Shown here piece after piece: positions 12,422 through 22,556 of a stretch of 64,000 nt of DNA. The notes under the pieces are model-generated. The model did no database searches. It was not told the DNA's origin and saw only the letters and a program-made list of their open reading frames with translations. Origin of the DNA: Octopus sinensis (lineage: Eukaryota); NCBI RefSeq assembly GCF_006345805.1, contig NC_043006.1, positions 52,700,001 to 52,764,000 on the forward strand, given 5' to 3'. A program made the translations under genes and the position numbers. Each line of letters opens with the position of its first letter. Position 1 is the first letter of the stretch.

Positions 12422-12998
12422 TTTTCTACTCAAGGCACAATGCCCGAAATTTTGGGAGAGAATGCCAGTCGATTAGATCGACCCCAATACGCAACTGGTA
12501 CTTAATTCATCGACCCCCAAAAGGATGAAAGGCAAAGTCGACCTCGGCGGAATTTGAACTCCAAGCGTAAAGACAGGCGAAATACCTATTTCTTTACTGC
12601 CCACAAGGGGCTACACACAGAGGGGACAAACAAGGACAGACAAACGGATTAAGTCGATTACATCGACCCCAGTGCGTAACTGGTACTTAATTTATCGACC
12701 CCGAAAGGATGAAAGGCAAAGTCGACCTCGGCTGAATTTGAACTCACAACGTAACGGCAGACGAAATACCTATTTCTTTATTACTCACAAGGGGCTAAAC
12801 ATAGAGAGGACAAACAAGGACAGACATAGGTATTAAGTCGATTACATCGACCCCAGTGCGTAACTGGTACTTATTTAATCGGCCCCGGAAGGATGAAAGG
12901 CAAAGTCGACCTCGGCGGAATTTGAACCCAGATGTAATGGCAGACGAAATACAGCTACGCATTTCACCCGGCGTGCTAACGTTTCTGCCAGCTCGCCG
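12422..12998 (-). mobile_element. Head-to-tail trimer of Nin/Deu-domain SINE units (period about 184 bp)
   Basis: The junction cgaaatacctatttcttta occurs at about 12578 and 12762, and there are three copies of aaaggcaaagtcgacctcggc. Confidence 0.85.
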
Positions 12999-13039
12999 GC
13001 TTTCAATGAAATAAATATTGGCTATGTACTGAAGTCAAT

Positions 13040-13379
13040 GTGAAGGCGCATAGTTCAGTGGTTAATGCGACGAGCTTACGACCGTGAGGTTGTGAGCTCG
13101 AATCCTGGACCGGGCTGCGTGTTGTGTTCTTGAGCAAGACACTTTATTTCACGTTGCTCCAGTTCACTCAGCTGTAGAAATGAGTTGCGACGTCACAGGT
13201 GCCAAGCTGTATCGGCCCTTGCCTTTCCCTTGGATAGCACGGGTGACGTGGATTGGGGAGGCCGGTATGCATGAGTGACTGCTGGTCTTCCATAAACAAC
13301 CTTGCCCGGACGTGTGCCTGGGAGGGTAACTTTCTAGGTGGAATCCCATGGTCAGTCTCGTGACCGAAGGGGGTCTCAG
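13040..13379 (+). mobile_element. Full-length tRNA-derived SINE with a 12-bp target-site duplication
   Basis: A- and B-box-like motifs. ACTGAAGTCAAT at 13028-13039 and 13380-13391. Confidence 0.9.
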
Positions 13380-13664
13380 ACTGAAGTCAATATAATCGAT
13401 TGCACCAGCCATACCTTATGATTATACAGCTCGGTATCAATGAGAAAAAAATTAATATTTATAATTATAAAAATCAGGTGGAAAGGAGCAAAAGAATAAG
13501 TTCTAGTAAGATAATGTGTACCAAATAAATCAGAGATAGGGTGAGTGAGAGAAAGAGAAAAGTTGTTGCTGTTTAGCACGAAGCCATCAAATCTGATTAT
13601 GGGTTCAAATCCGCTATTAACTTTTGAACCTTTGTCAGAGTCTGCCATTGAGACATTTGTTGAT

Positions 13665-13666
<2 letters not shown>

Positions 13667-13713
<47 letters not shown>

Positions 13714-13810
13714 TTTCTCTGTCTCACTCTCCCTTTCCTTCTTTTCCCCTCTCTTTCCCACTCTCTCTTTCCTTCTTTCCTTCTCTCTCTCTATCTCTCT
13801 CTTTCTATCC
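13667..13810. repeat. (CT)n and pyrimidine-rich tract
   Basis: Direct inspection. Confidence 0.9.
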
Positions 13811-14822
13811 ACTTCTCTCTGAACTACACTTACCCCTCTCACATTCTTTCTCTTACACAGCAACTACCTATTTCGTACAATACCCTTTTCTACCATCCAT
13901 TACATCTCTTGCTGTACACAAGTGTCCTGTACATGTAACCTAGACACTAAACCGACACCGAATCCATGAAGAGGGACAAAAAGACATTCTTCCATGAGAT
14001 GTGCAAATCCACTAGAGGTACAGACACGATCACTTCAAGTTTCATTAAAACAGTATTGTATCCCGAACAGCCATGTTAAACGTAAACAAGACGCAATTAA
14101 AACCGTCAATACTGCTACAAATGCTAGGCTTCACATCACTAAAGTTCTCTCCTGACTAAACCACATGCCAACATAGCTAAAATTCCATCACAAAGACTAA
14201 ATTCCTCTCAAGGACTAGAAAATACTTACTCTTCACTATCACCACTACCACCAACAGCAACAACAACAACAAAGCAACAACTACTGCTAACTGTTTCAAA
14301 ACTCGAGAAAAACAATAACGGAGAGCTGCTTTTGCATTTGATGTATGCTACTGCTACATTTACAAAATTCCAGATCGCATCAAACGAAAAGCCACGAGTC
14401 AGATAAATATTTGTGTGTATGCAGATCAGTGTGTATTCGCGCACAGATATTTAGATAAATTAGTACATCAATGTGAATGACTGCATATGCTTTCGTGCGC
14501 GCGCGCATGCATGTGTGTATGCGTGTGCAGACGCGTGTGCATGTAAACTCATAGGCGTAAATAAGAAGAAAATGTACACAATACTATAAGTAGGTGATAT
14601 AATTTATAAGAAATTGAAAGTCCCACATAACTAGAGTAGGAATTTCTCATTGTCTTTAATCCTCCAAAGACTGGCTACGAGAAATGATCTGTGAAGCTTC
14701 AGCTAGCAATAATAAATGTATATATACTTGTCGCTTGTATGTCTGTCTGTCTGTATGTATGTATGTATGCATGTATGTATGTATGTGTGTATATATGTGT
14801 GTGTATATGTGCCTATCTCTCA

Positions 14823-14870
<48 letters not shown>

Positions 14871-14919
14871 CGAAATATATATTTGTGTTTGTCTATATGC
14901 ATGTGTGTGTATGTAGATA

Positions 14920-14953
<34 letters not shown>

Positions 14954-15312
14954 CACAGGTGCAATCGCTAAATTGCCGCCATTTTATATTATTAATTTCG
15001 CGCATGTTCATTTTTGTTTTTGATTTTATCAACTATACAGTATAGTAGGGTCAGTTGGGCACCGTCAGTGGGTAAAACACCACCATGACGCAAATCACTC
15101 CGCCACAAATTTGGAAACTACATGCTGCACAGCTGGGCATTACGCAGGAAGCTCTAATATGAACATTTCAGAGTGTTTGATACATATGCATATGTAGGCA
15201 CAGGAAGTCACAAAACATAACCAACAAAAATTACGAAGAACGAGGAGAAGGAATATGAACATTTTTTGCGAACAACGAAAGAAACAAATGGAAAACAAGA
15301 CAACAACACAAA

Positions 15313-15343
15313 AACGGCCCTTCATCTGTTGTCGGGTGTTTTG

Positions 15344-15427
<84 letters not shown>

Positions 15428-15462
15428 TATATACATATATATATACACACATATATATATAC

Positions 15463-15530
<68 letters not shown>

Positions 15531-15561
15531 CAAAACACCCGACAACAGATGAAGGGCCGTT
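15313..15561. repeat. Palindrome C: 34-bp perfect inverted arms enclosing about 180 bp of TA-type repeat
   Basis: aacggcccttcatctgttgtcgggtgttttgcta (15313-15346) versus its exact reverse complement at 15528-15561. Confidence 0.95.
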
Positions 15562-15750
15562 CTATATATGAGTAGTTGAATGAATTATCTTGTTATGGAT
15601 AATTCGGTTAACCGATACCTGGGTAGCAAATTCACATCAGAGAAGACACGTTTGAAGTTACGTGCTTTCGTGTGGAAATTTGTATGTTTTTTTTTTAATA
15701 TAAATATTTGAAAGAATGGAGTTGAACGACGAATTAACAAAATTCCTTTA

Positions 15751-15833
15751 TTTTCGACATATGTTTCGAAGGCTGCATATTCCTAATTGCGAAGGAATAA
15801 GGAGTATATTATGCCGCTTTCTCATCAGGAAAA
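15751..15833 (-). ncRNA. Type I hammerhead ribozyme motif (left arm of palindrome A)
   Basis: Mirror image of 16226-16308, with an intact core. Confidence 0.8.
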
Positions 15834-16225
15834 GCAAGGAACTTATATCAACATCAAGATGCATAAAAAACTTTTAGATGACTGCTCACACGGAGCCCAT
15901 AGTGAAAATGAGTGTCTCTTTAAAAAATTCCTTTATAAGGAGTGACGTCAAAATGGTTGGATGTAGAAGAATCGAGAAGGTTCTAAAGGTTCAAGGGTTC
16001 AAACGAAGTAGGTGAAGAGAGGTGCACCCCATTCTTATGCCTCTCTTCTACTTCGTTTGAACCTTTGAACCTTTAGAACCTTCTAGATTCTTCTACATCC
16101 AACCATTTTGACGTCACTCCTTATAAAGGAATTTTTTAAAGAGACACTCATTTTCACTATGGGCTCCGTGTGAGCAGTCATCTAAACGTTTTTTGTGCAT
16201 CTTGATGTTGACATAAGTTCCTTGC

Positions 16226-16308
16226 TTTTCCTGATGAGAAAGCGGCATAATCTACTCCTTATTCCTTCGCAATTAGGAATATGCAGCCTTCGAAACATAT
16301 GTCGAAAA
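16226..16308 (+). ncRNA. Type I hammerhead ribozyme motif, canonical core
   Basis: Stem I ttttc/gaaaa; CTGATGA at 16231-16237; stem II closed by GAA/TTC; GAAA at 16292-16295; stem III palindromic ACATATGT; GUC triplet, predicted cleavage after C16303. Confidence 0.82.
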
Positions 16309-16370
16309 TAAAGGAATTTTGTTAATTCGTCGTTCAACTCCATTCTTTCATATATTTATATATATATTAT

Positions 16371-16457
16371 ATATTAATAGTTATCGCCAAGCTAATATGA
16401 CAGTCCATAAATATAGGACGAAAGCTGCCATATTAGCTTGGCGATAACTATTAATAT
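16371..16457. repeat. Palindrome D: about 33-bp inverted arms with a roughly 21-nt loop
   Basis: atattaatagttatcgccaagctaatatgacag versus ctgccatattagcttggcgataactattaatat. Confidence 0.9.
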
Positions 16458-16511
16458 CCAGTACCGCTGCTGTAGTCTCCTTTAGAGAGACTTAGAAATA
16501 ATAATATTTCT

Positions 16512-16544
<33 letters not shown>

Positions 16545-16545
<1 letters not shown>

Positions 16546-16728
16546 GGATAGATACTTTTGTGGTCGATGAATAAGTTTAACAATCGTGAACAGATAATAA
16601 CGATAACATATCTTATTTCTTGTGAAGTTGTTTGTTAATTTTAAATATTTGTACAATATGTCTTGCCTCTTTTCATGCTATACAAAGGTATGTCAATTCC
16701 ACATTTTTCTTGTTGTTTCCTTTCTCGC

Positions 16729-16772
<44 letters not shown>
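16545..16772 (+). repeat. About 220-bp unit ending in (TG)n, repeated at 19110-19335
   Basis: gatgaataagttta.caatcgtgaacaga...ctatacaaaggtatgtcaatt...tttctcgctg(tg)n is present in both, with moderate divergence. Confidence 0.85.
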
Positions 16773-16775
<3 letters not shown>

Positions 16776-17473
16776 TGTTTGCATGTGTATATTCTACTTT
16801 ACAGTGTCAAAAGAATGAAGCAGATGGAAAGATAGACGGCAGAACGAGTGTGTTATGTATGCGATCCTAAAAATTTCTCCTACCTAGATTGGCTTCCAAC
16901 TGAATAATATATTAATTAAAACAATTGAAGGCAATTCTGGATTGATATATGCGGATCATAGGCATACATTTAATTTTAAAAACGAGGGGATTTCGCTAGG
17001 AATGATCATTTTTTAAAAATATAATACTCAAATTTAAAGTATGTTTGTGTGATTCCAGATTTAATATTGTTTTACGATAAAATGTTCAAACTATGCCTTC
17101 TTAGTTACAACACCTTTTGCCCTAATAAAATTTTGTATATTCTGGGTCGTAGAACCCTCAAACTGGAAGAAGAAATCTTTTTCTTATTAAATCAATATTC
17201 TTAATAAATTTATATTCATTGCCGGGAGAAAGACATGAAAAAAGTAACACGCACATGCAGAAGTGACACTGGTATATACTTACGAAAATAGATAGGCACG
17301 TAGACTCAAGAAATTCAGACACATGCGAAAAGAGACATGTACATAAACCCAATAAATTCAGACACATGAACACGCGTATACAGTATGAGTGACACATATA
17401 TCTAACAACGAATGGGTGCACACACGGACCAACACTAAGAGAAATATTCATATTACATTGGCAAGACACATAC

Positions 17474-17481
17474 AGATAGAT

Positions 17482-17528
<47 letters not shown>

Positions 17529-17624
17529 GATGGATGGATGGATAGATAAGTTTCTTTATTGGCCACACAGGGCTGCACACAGATGGGACAAGTTACAAGG
17601 TAGAGCTTTTCTTTTGGGGGATGA

Positions 17625-17661
<37 letters not shown>

Positions 17662-17662
17662 C

Positions 17663-17711
<49 letters not shown>
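17474..17711. repeat. (GATA)n/(GGAT)n tract interrupted by a Tx1 3'-end stub
   Basis: Direct inspection. Confidence 0.95.
17550..17620 (-). mobile_element. Extremely 5'-truncated Tx1-like 3' end (about 70 bp)
   Basis: Matches 17713-17780 with several substitutions, and is flanked by GATA on both sides. Confidence 0.8.
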
Positions 17712-17712
17712 T

Positions 17713-19028
17713 GTTTCTTTATTAGCCACACAGGGCTGCACACAGATAGAACAAATTACAAGGTAGAGCTTTTCTTTTGAAGGTTTAAAAAAAAAAATAT
17801 AATTATAATAATAATAAAATAAAAAATAAAATAAAATAAAAAAGGGGGGTCGATCAAAAGGGATCGTAAAAGGAGAGAAAGAGGACAAAAAAGGGGGGGT
17901 TAAAAAAAAAAGGGGGAGAGGAAAAAATTGATCAATAGGGATCGTTATCACAGAAATGTCAATATGAAGTGTAAAGGGGAGGACAGGTGAGGTTTACCCG
18001 TGGAAAGAAAAGCCTACGGAAAAGACCACGGTAACCTCGGTCAATGAAGTCACATGTTATATTTCTTTTTTTTTTTTTGCAAATAAGCAACTCTCTGTAT
18101 TAATTTTTACGGTTCATAGAATCATAGTCAAGGTGGCTTCGTCATTCATACGTGCCATCCTTGCTACATTCACCCATCTTTTTTTAAAACATTCACTAGA
18201 CAAAACTTGCCTCTCTACTCTCACTTTTTTCTTCAAGTGATACTTGAAGAAGTTGATGAGAGATTGACCAGAGAGGAAAGTGTTTGTCTCTAATCCTTTC
18301 AGACGCGTCCACCAGATACATTCTTTCGCCATAGCCACAAGTATGATAAAAATAGCTCTTCCTTCCCGTTTGAAGGAAGGAGGCGTGACGATATTAACGA
18401 TAGACTCGGCGGATAAACCGACACGTCCCACACGTGACAGCAGTCGTTCGACATAAGCCCACAGGTGGGAAATTGCTGGACACTGCACGATTGCGTGCAG
18501 AGCGGTTTCGTCGCTCTGCCCGCATCTCGGGCAGGTCGGCCCCGTGTTTCTCGAGCCATGCCTATAGAGCTTATCCCGAACGGATAGCGCTTCTCGGTAG
18601 CACCGCCAGGCCAGAGATCTCTGGAAGTTGTCCATAGGTCCCGGGCCGAAAGTCGTTTGAAACAGGCGGGTCAGGTATTCCTCGTCGACGCCCAGGTTTG
18701 CCCCGAGCTCGTCGTCGTACCTCCCCTCCACTAATCCCCTATAGAATGCTTTGGTTGTGTTGAAGTCACTCAAGGTCGACCGGGACGGCAGAGTTGCTTG
18801 AGAGCAACGCGACACTCGCGGTGCCATTCGCCCTTCTTCGGCCTCTTTTTGATCCACGACTGTAGTTCGGTCATGGAGACGAGTTGCGGGAATGCGTGCC
18901 TCACAAACGGCGACCACACCTGTTCACCGTCGTCTACATAGAGCCGGAGATGTCGCAGTCTCAGCGCGTGTCTGCGCATCATCAACCACGGCATGCCCAG
19001 CCCTCCTTTTAACGGGTGTTGACAGCAA
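17713..19028 (-). mobile_element. 5'-truncated Tx1/L1-clade retrotransposon (ORF2 C-terminus with CCHC zinc finger)
   Basis: ORF 18114-18917 has DNFQRSLAWRCYREALSVRDKL...CPRCGQSDETALHAIVQC. The 3' end reads AATAAAGAAAC. Both flanks are (GATA)n. Confidence 0.9.
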
Positions 19029-19038
19029 ATAGATAGAT

Positions 19039-19094
<56 letters not shown>

Positions 19095-19299
19095 GTGGAT
19101 GGATGGATGGATGGATAGATAGTTTTGTAGTCGAGCAGTAGGATGAATAAGTTTAGCAATCGTGAACAGAAAATAATGTATCTTATTTCTTGTGAAATTG
19201 TATGTTAATTATAAATATTTGTACAATATGTCTAGTCTCTTTTCATGCTATACAAAGGTATGTCAATTTCACACTTTTCTTTTGTAGTTTACTTTCTCG

Positions 19300-19335
<36 letters not shown>

Positions 19336-19895
19336 ATGTGTATGAGTGCGAGACAGATATAATGTGTGAGAGAGTGAGCGCGAGAGAGAGGGAGAGAAAG
19401 AAAGAGAGTGAGAGAGTCTAAGGCAGATGATACAGAAATAATCCCCAATCTGATTTATTTAAAATTTCCCTCTTTCTAAAATAGTTACAAGCTAAAATAT
19501 AATGCTAACAGAAACTTGCAATATATAATGCATTTGTTTAAAGTGTAAATTTGTTACTTATGTGTGAATTACGTCAGTAAACTTATGTAAATAATCTGTG
19601 AATAGATTTTCTGAACTTCCATGCATGGTGCAATATTTACGTCTTGTGAGCCTCCATGTTTCCTGCTTACTACTGGTATGTAATGCTGGGTTAATGGGTT
19701 TTCAACTAACCACTGAACGAAGTGTTTCGGTTTCAAAATTTAGCTAGAATTCCCGATACGTAGATTAGATACTGTTGGTCACTTCTTCGACGAATTTCAT
19801 TGAAACCCGTTTAATAACGCTTACAAACGAGTGTTTGTCTATATTTGAAATTGAATTTTTTCAAGAGGAGAGAGAGAAAGCTAGAGAGAACATAA

Positions 19896-19977
<82 letters not shown>

Positions 19978-20119
19978 GTTTGGGGAAAGTCATTCTCTTT
20001 TGGTGCCTTATAATTTAACACACTCACCGGTAAAATTTCCACTTATTTCTCTTTTATTTTTCTAAAATGTTCGTTGCGTCTTGCAACCTTTTCAATAGTT
20101 TCAAAACAATAGTTCCAAA

Positions 20120-20165
<46 letters not shown>

Positions 20166-20174
<9 letters not shown>

Positions 20175-20817
20175 AATATGTTACATTACTCGGTAGTCAA
20201 GATAAAACTCTGAGTTTCAGATGCCGAAGTGGAAATCCACAACACCATCTCTTCGGTTATCTGGCTATTTGAAAACGCTATGAAAAAATACCGTTAAATA
20301 AAGGGAAATTACTGTGTTATAACTCTGCTTGCCTGCGTACTTATACATCGCTCGCATTTTTCGTCATAAAAATTATATAAAAATACATAAAAAAATATAT
20401 AAAAATATATAAAAATATATAAAAATATATAAATTCTTCTGGGACATAACATAGAAAGCATGTTCTATCTGTTTTCTTTAGGGGACCAAAAACGTAACAG
20501 AAATTTAGTCCCCTAAAGAAAACAGATAGAACATGCTTTCTATGTTATGTCCCAAGAAGAATTTATATATTTTTATATATTTTTATATATTTTTTTATGT
20601 ATTTTTATATAATTTTTATGACGAAAAATGCGAGCGATGTATAAGTACGCAGGCAAGCAGAGTTATAACACAGTAATTTCCCTTTATTTAACGGTATTTT
20701 TTCATAGCGTTTTCAAATAGCCAGATAACCGAAGAGATGGTGTTGTGGATTTCCACTTCGGCATCTGAAACTCAGAGTTTTATCTTGACTACCGAGTAAT
20801 GTAACATATTATTGTAT
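20166..20817. mobile_element. Palindrome B: about 320-bp near-perfect inverted repeat with a roughly 21-nt spacer, Penelope-like terminal sequence
   Basis: Arms at about 20166-20486 and 20508-20817. The differences seen are one ATATAAAA unit and a 1-nt indel. The left end abuts (TA)n. Confidence 0.9.
20724..20784 (+). ncRNA. Variant hammerhead-like motif (mirror copy at 20201-20261, minus strand)
   Basis: Stem I gataa/ttatc; core CCGAAGA (U4 replaced by C); stem II gatg/catc; an extra U; GAAA; stem III ACTC-A-GAGT; GUU triplet. Confidence 0.55.
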
Positions 20818-21064
20818 AGATAAATTTCCTCTATTTACATAATATTGAGGTCTCTTTCTTTCTTTTGTTATCTTACCGTTTTATCAATATATATATATAT
20901 ATTATATATATATATTGAAATAATAAGGGTAAAAATTTGATATTAATTTGATTAATATCAACTAAACCAGTGGCGTAGCATATTGAAAAAATCTGAAGAT
21001 TCAGAAAATTATATTACATTCATATAAAAGGAATGTCCACGAGGTGAACTCCTAATCTGTTAAA

Positions 21065-21174
21065 TGTAGACCTCATATGGTCTGACCACTAAGAAAAAAT
21101 TGTTCTCAAGAGAATTCAGCCAAATTTTCTTCACAACTATTTCTTCTTAGTGGTCAGACCATATGGGATCTACA
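21065..21174. repeat. Palindrome E: inverted arms with a 22-bp perfect core
   Basis: catatggtctgaccactaagaa (21074-21095) versus ttcttagtggtcagaccatatg (21144-21165). Confidence 0.9.
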
Positions 21175-21464
21175 CTGCGGCCGAAGGTGTGTGTGTGTGT
21201 ACAAATTGTTATGGAGAAGAAACGCATTTGTTTCCGAAGCACACACAAACATATCAACAAAGGAATCATTTTGCAAAAGAAAAAATATTATTGATGCTAT
21301 GTTTTGAAGCAACAAAATATTGGTTGACGTTGTTTCTTAGGAGTAAGTGTCCCAGGAGTAAGTGTCCCCATGCTATACTTGTATGCATTATACATACATA
21401 TATACATACATACATCATATATATACATACACATACACACACATACACACACGCATATACACAT

Positions 21465-21628
<164 letters not shown>

Positions 21629-22085
21629 ACTTTCAACTCGCAAGAGAGTATGATAGGGTAGCATGTATCTTGCTTTCTCTAACTGATTTTAGGTGGCTCA
21701 GTTCTCACATTTTGGTCGAGAGCTGCACCAGCGTTTGGTTAGTCCAAGAATTGAAACTACCTACGCCCTTATGATTGCGAACACAACACCCTAACTACTG
21801 GGCCATGTGTGTTCATATGCATACATATACATATACTCAAATATACAATTGTGCAATATATATATAAAAAAGTGGAGCATGTCTGTATGTGTGTGTGTAT
21901 TACATAAATATACACATAGATGTATATATATGCTATATACATATATATATATATGTGCTTATTTATAATATATATATGATTCATTGTTTTATTTTTTCTC
22001 TCTCTCTCTCGCCTCCTCTCGCTCTATCTTTCCTTTTCCTTTTCACTGCACGTATGACCGTTCTTGTTCTTCATCTCATACCTTA

Positions 22086-22556
22086 TTATTTCTTTTACTG
22101 CCCACAAGGGACTACATACAAACAAGGACAGACAAGCGGATTAAGATTATTACATCGACCCCAGTGCGTAACTGGTACATATTTAATCGACCCCGAAAGG
22201 ATGAAAAGTAAAGTCGGCATAGGCGGAATTTGAACTCAGAACGTAGCGGCAGACGAAATACCTATTTCTTTATTACCCACAAGGGGCTAAACACAGAGGG
22301 GACAAACAAGGACAGACATAGGTATTAAGTCGATTACATCGACCCCAGTGCGTAACTGGTACTTGATTTATCGACCCCGAAAGGATGAAAGGCAAAGTCG
22401 ACCTCGGCGGAATTTGAACTCGGAACGTAACGACGGACGAAATACGGCTACGAATTTCGCCCGGCGTGCTAACGTTTCTACCAGCTCGCCGCCTTCGGCA
22501 GACGAAATACCGCTAAGAATTTCGCCCGGCGTGCTAACGTTTCTGCCAGCTCACGG
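22086..22556 (-). mobile_element. Nin/Deu SINE dimer with a duplicated 5' head
   Basis: Same cgaaatacctatttcttta junction at about 22254. The head segment occurs twice (about 22432-22495 and 22496-22556). Confidence 0.8.

Larger units (their letters stand above)
15698..16361. mobile_element. Palindrome A: about 320-bp near-perfect inverted repeat with a roughly 17-nt spacer, Penelope-like terminal sequence
   Basis: Arms at about 15698-16022 and 16040-16361 are reverse complements with few mismatches. Each arm has a hammerhead, AATAAA and an AT-rich outer end. Confidence 0.9.

Noticed and set aside
12422-12998. CRISPR-like periodic array
   Set aside because: The units are whole SINE segments with no unique spacers, and the context is eukaryotic with no cas genes.
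13040-13115. tRNA gene
   Set aside because: The A/B boxes belong to a SINE head. There is no complete cloverleaf, and the sequence continues into a SINE body with a TSD. The same applies to the other heads.
14226-14444. 72-aa ORF with a GTAAG donor-like site
   Set aside because: It overlaps a (CAA/CAC) low-complexity tract and has no supporting acceptor or homology.
15231-15571. Poly-YI ORFs here and at other TA tracts; poly-HT/CV ORFs at CA tracts
   Set aside because: Dinucleotide microsatellite translations.
20060-20105. Minus-strand TTGAAAA-GGTTGC-aagac-GCAAC-GAAC hammerhead-like motif
   Set aside because: It has too many core defects and no convincing stem I or III. At most it is a decayed remnant.
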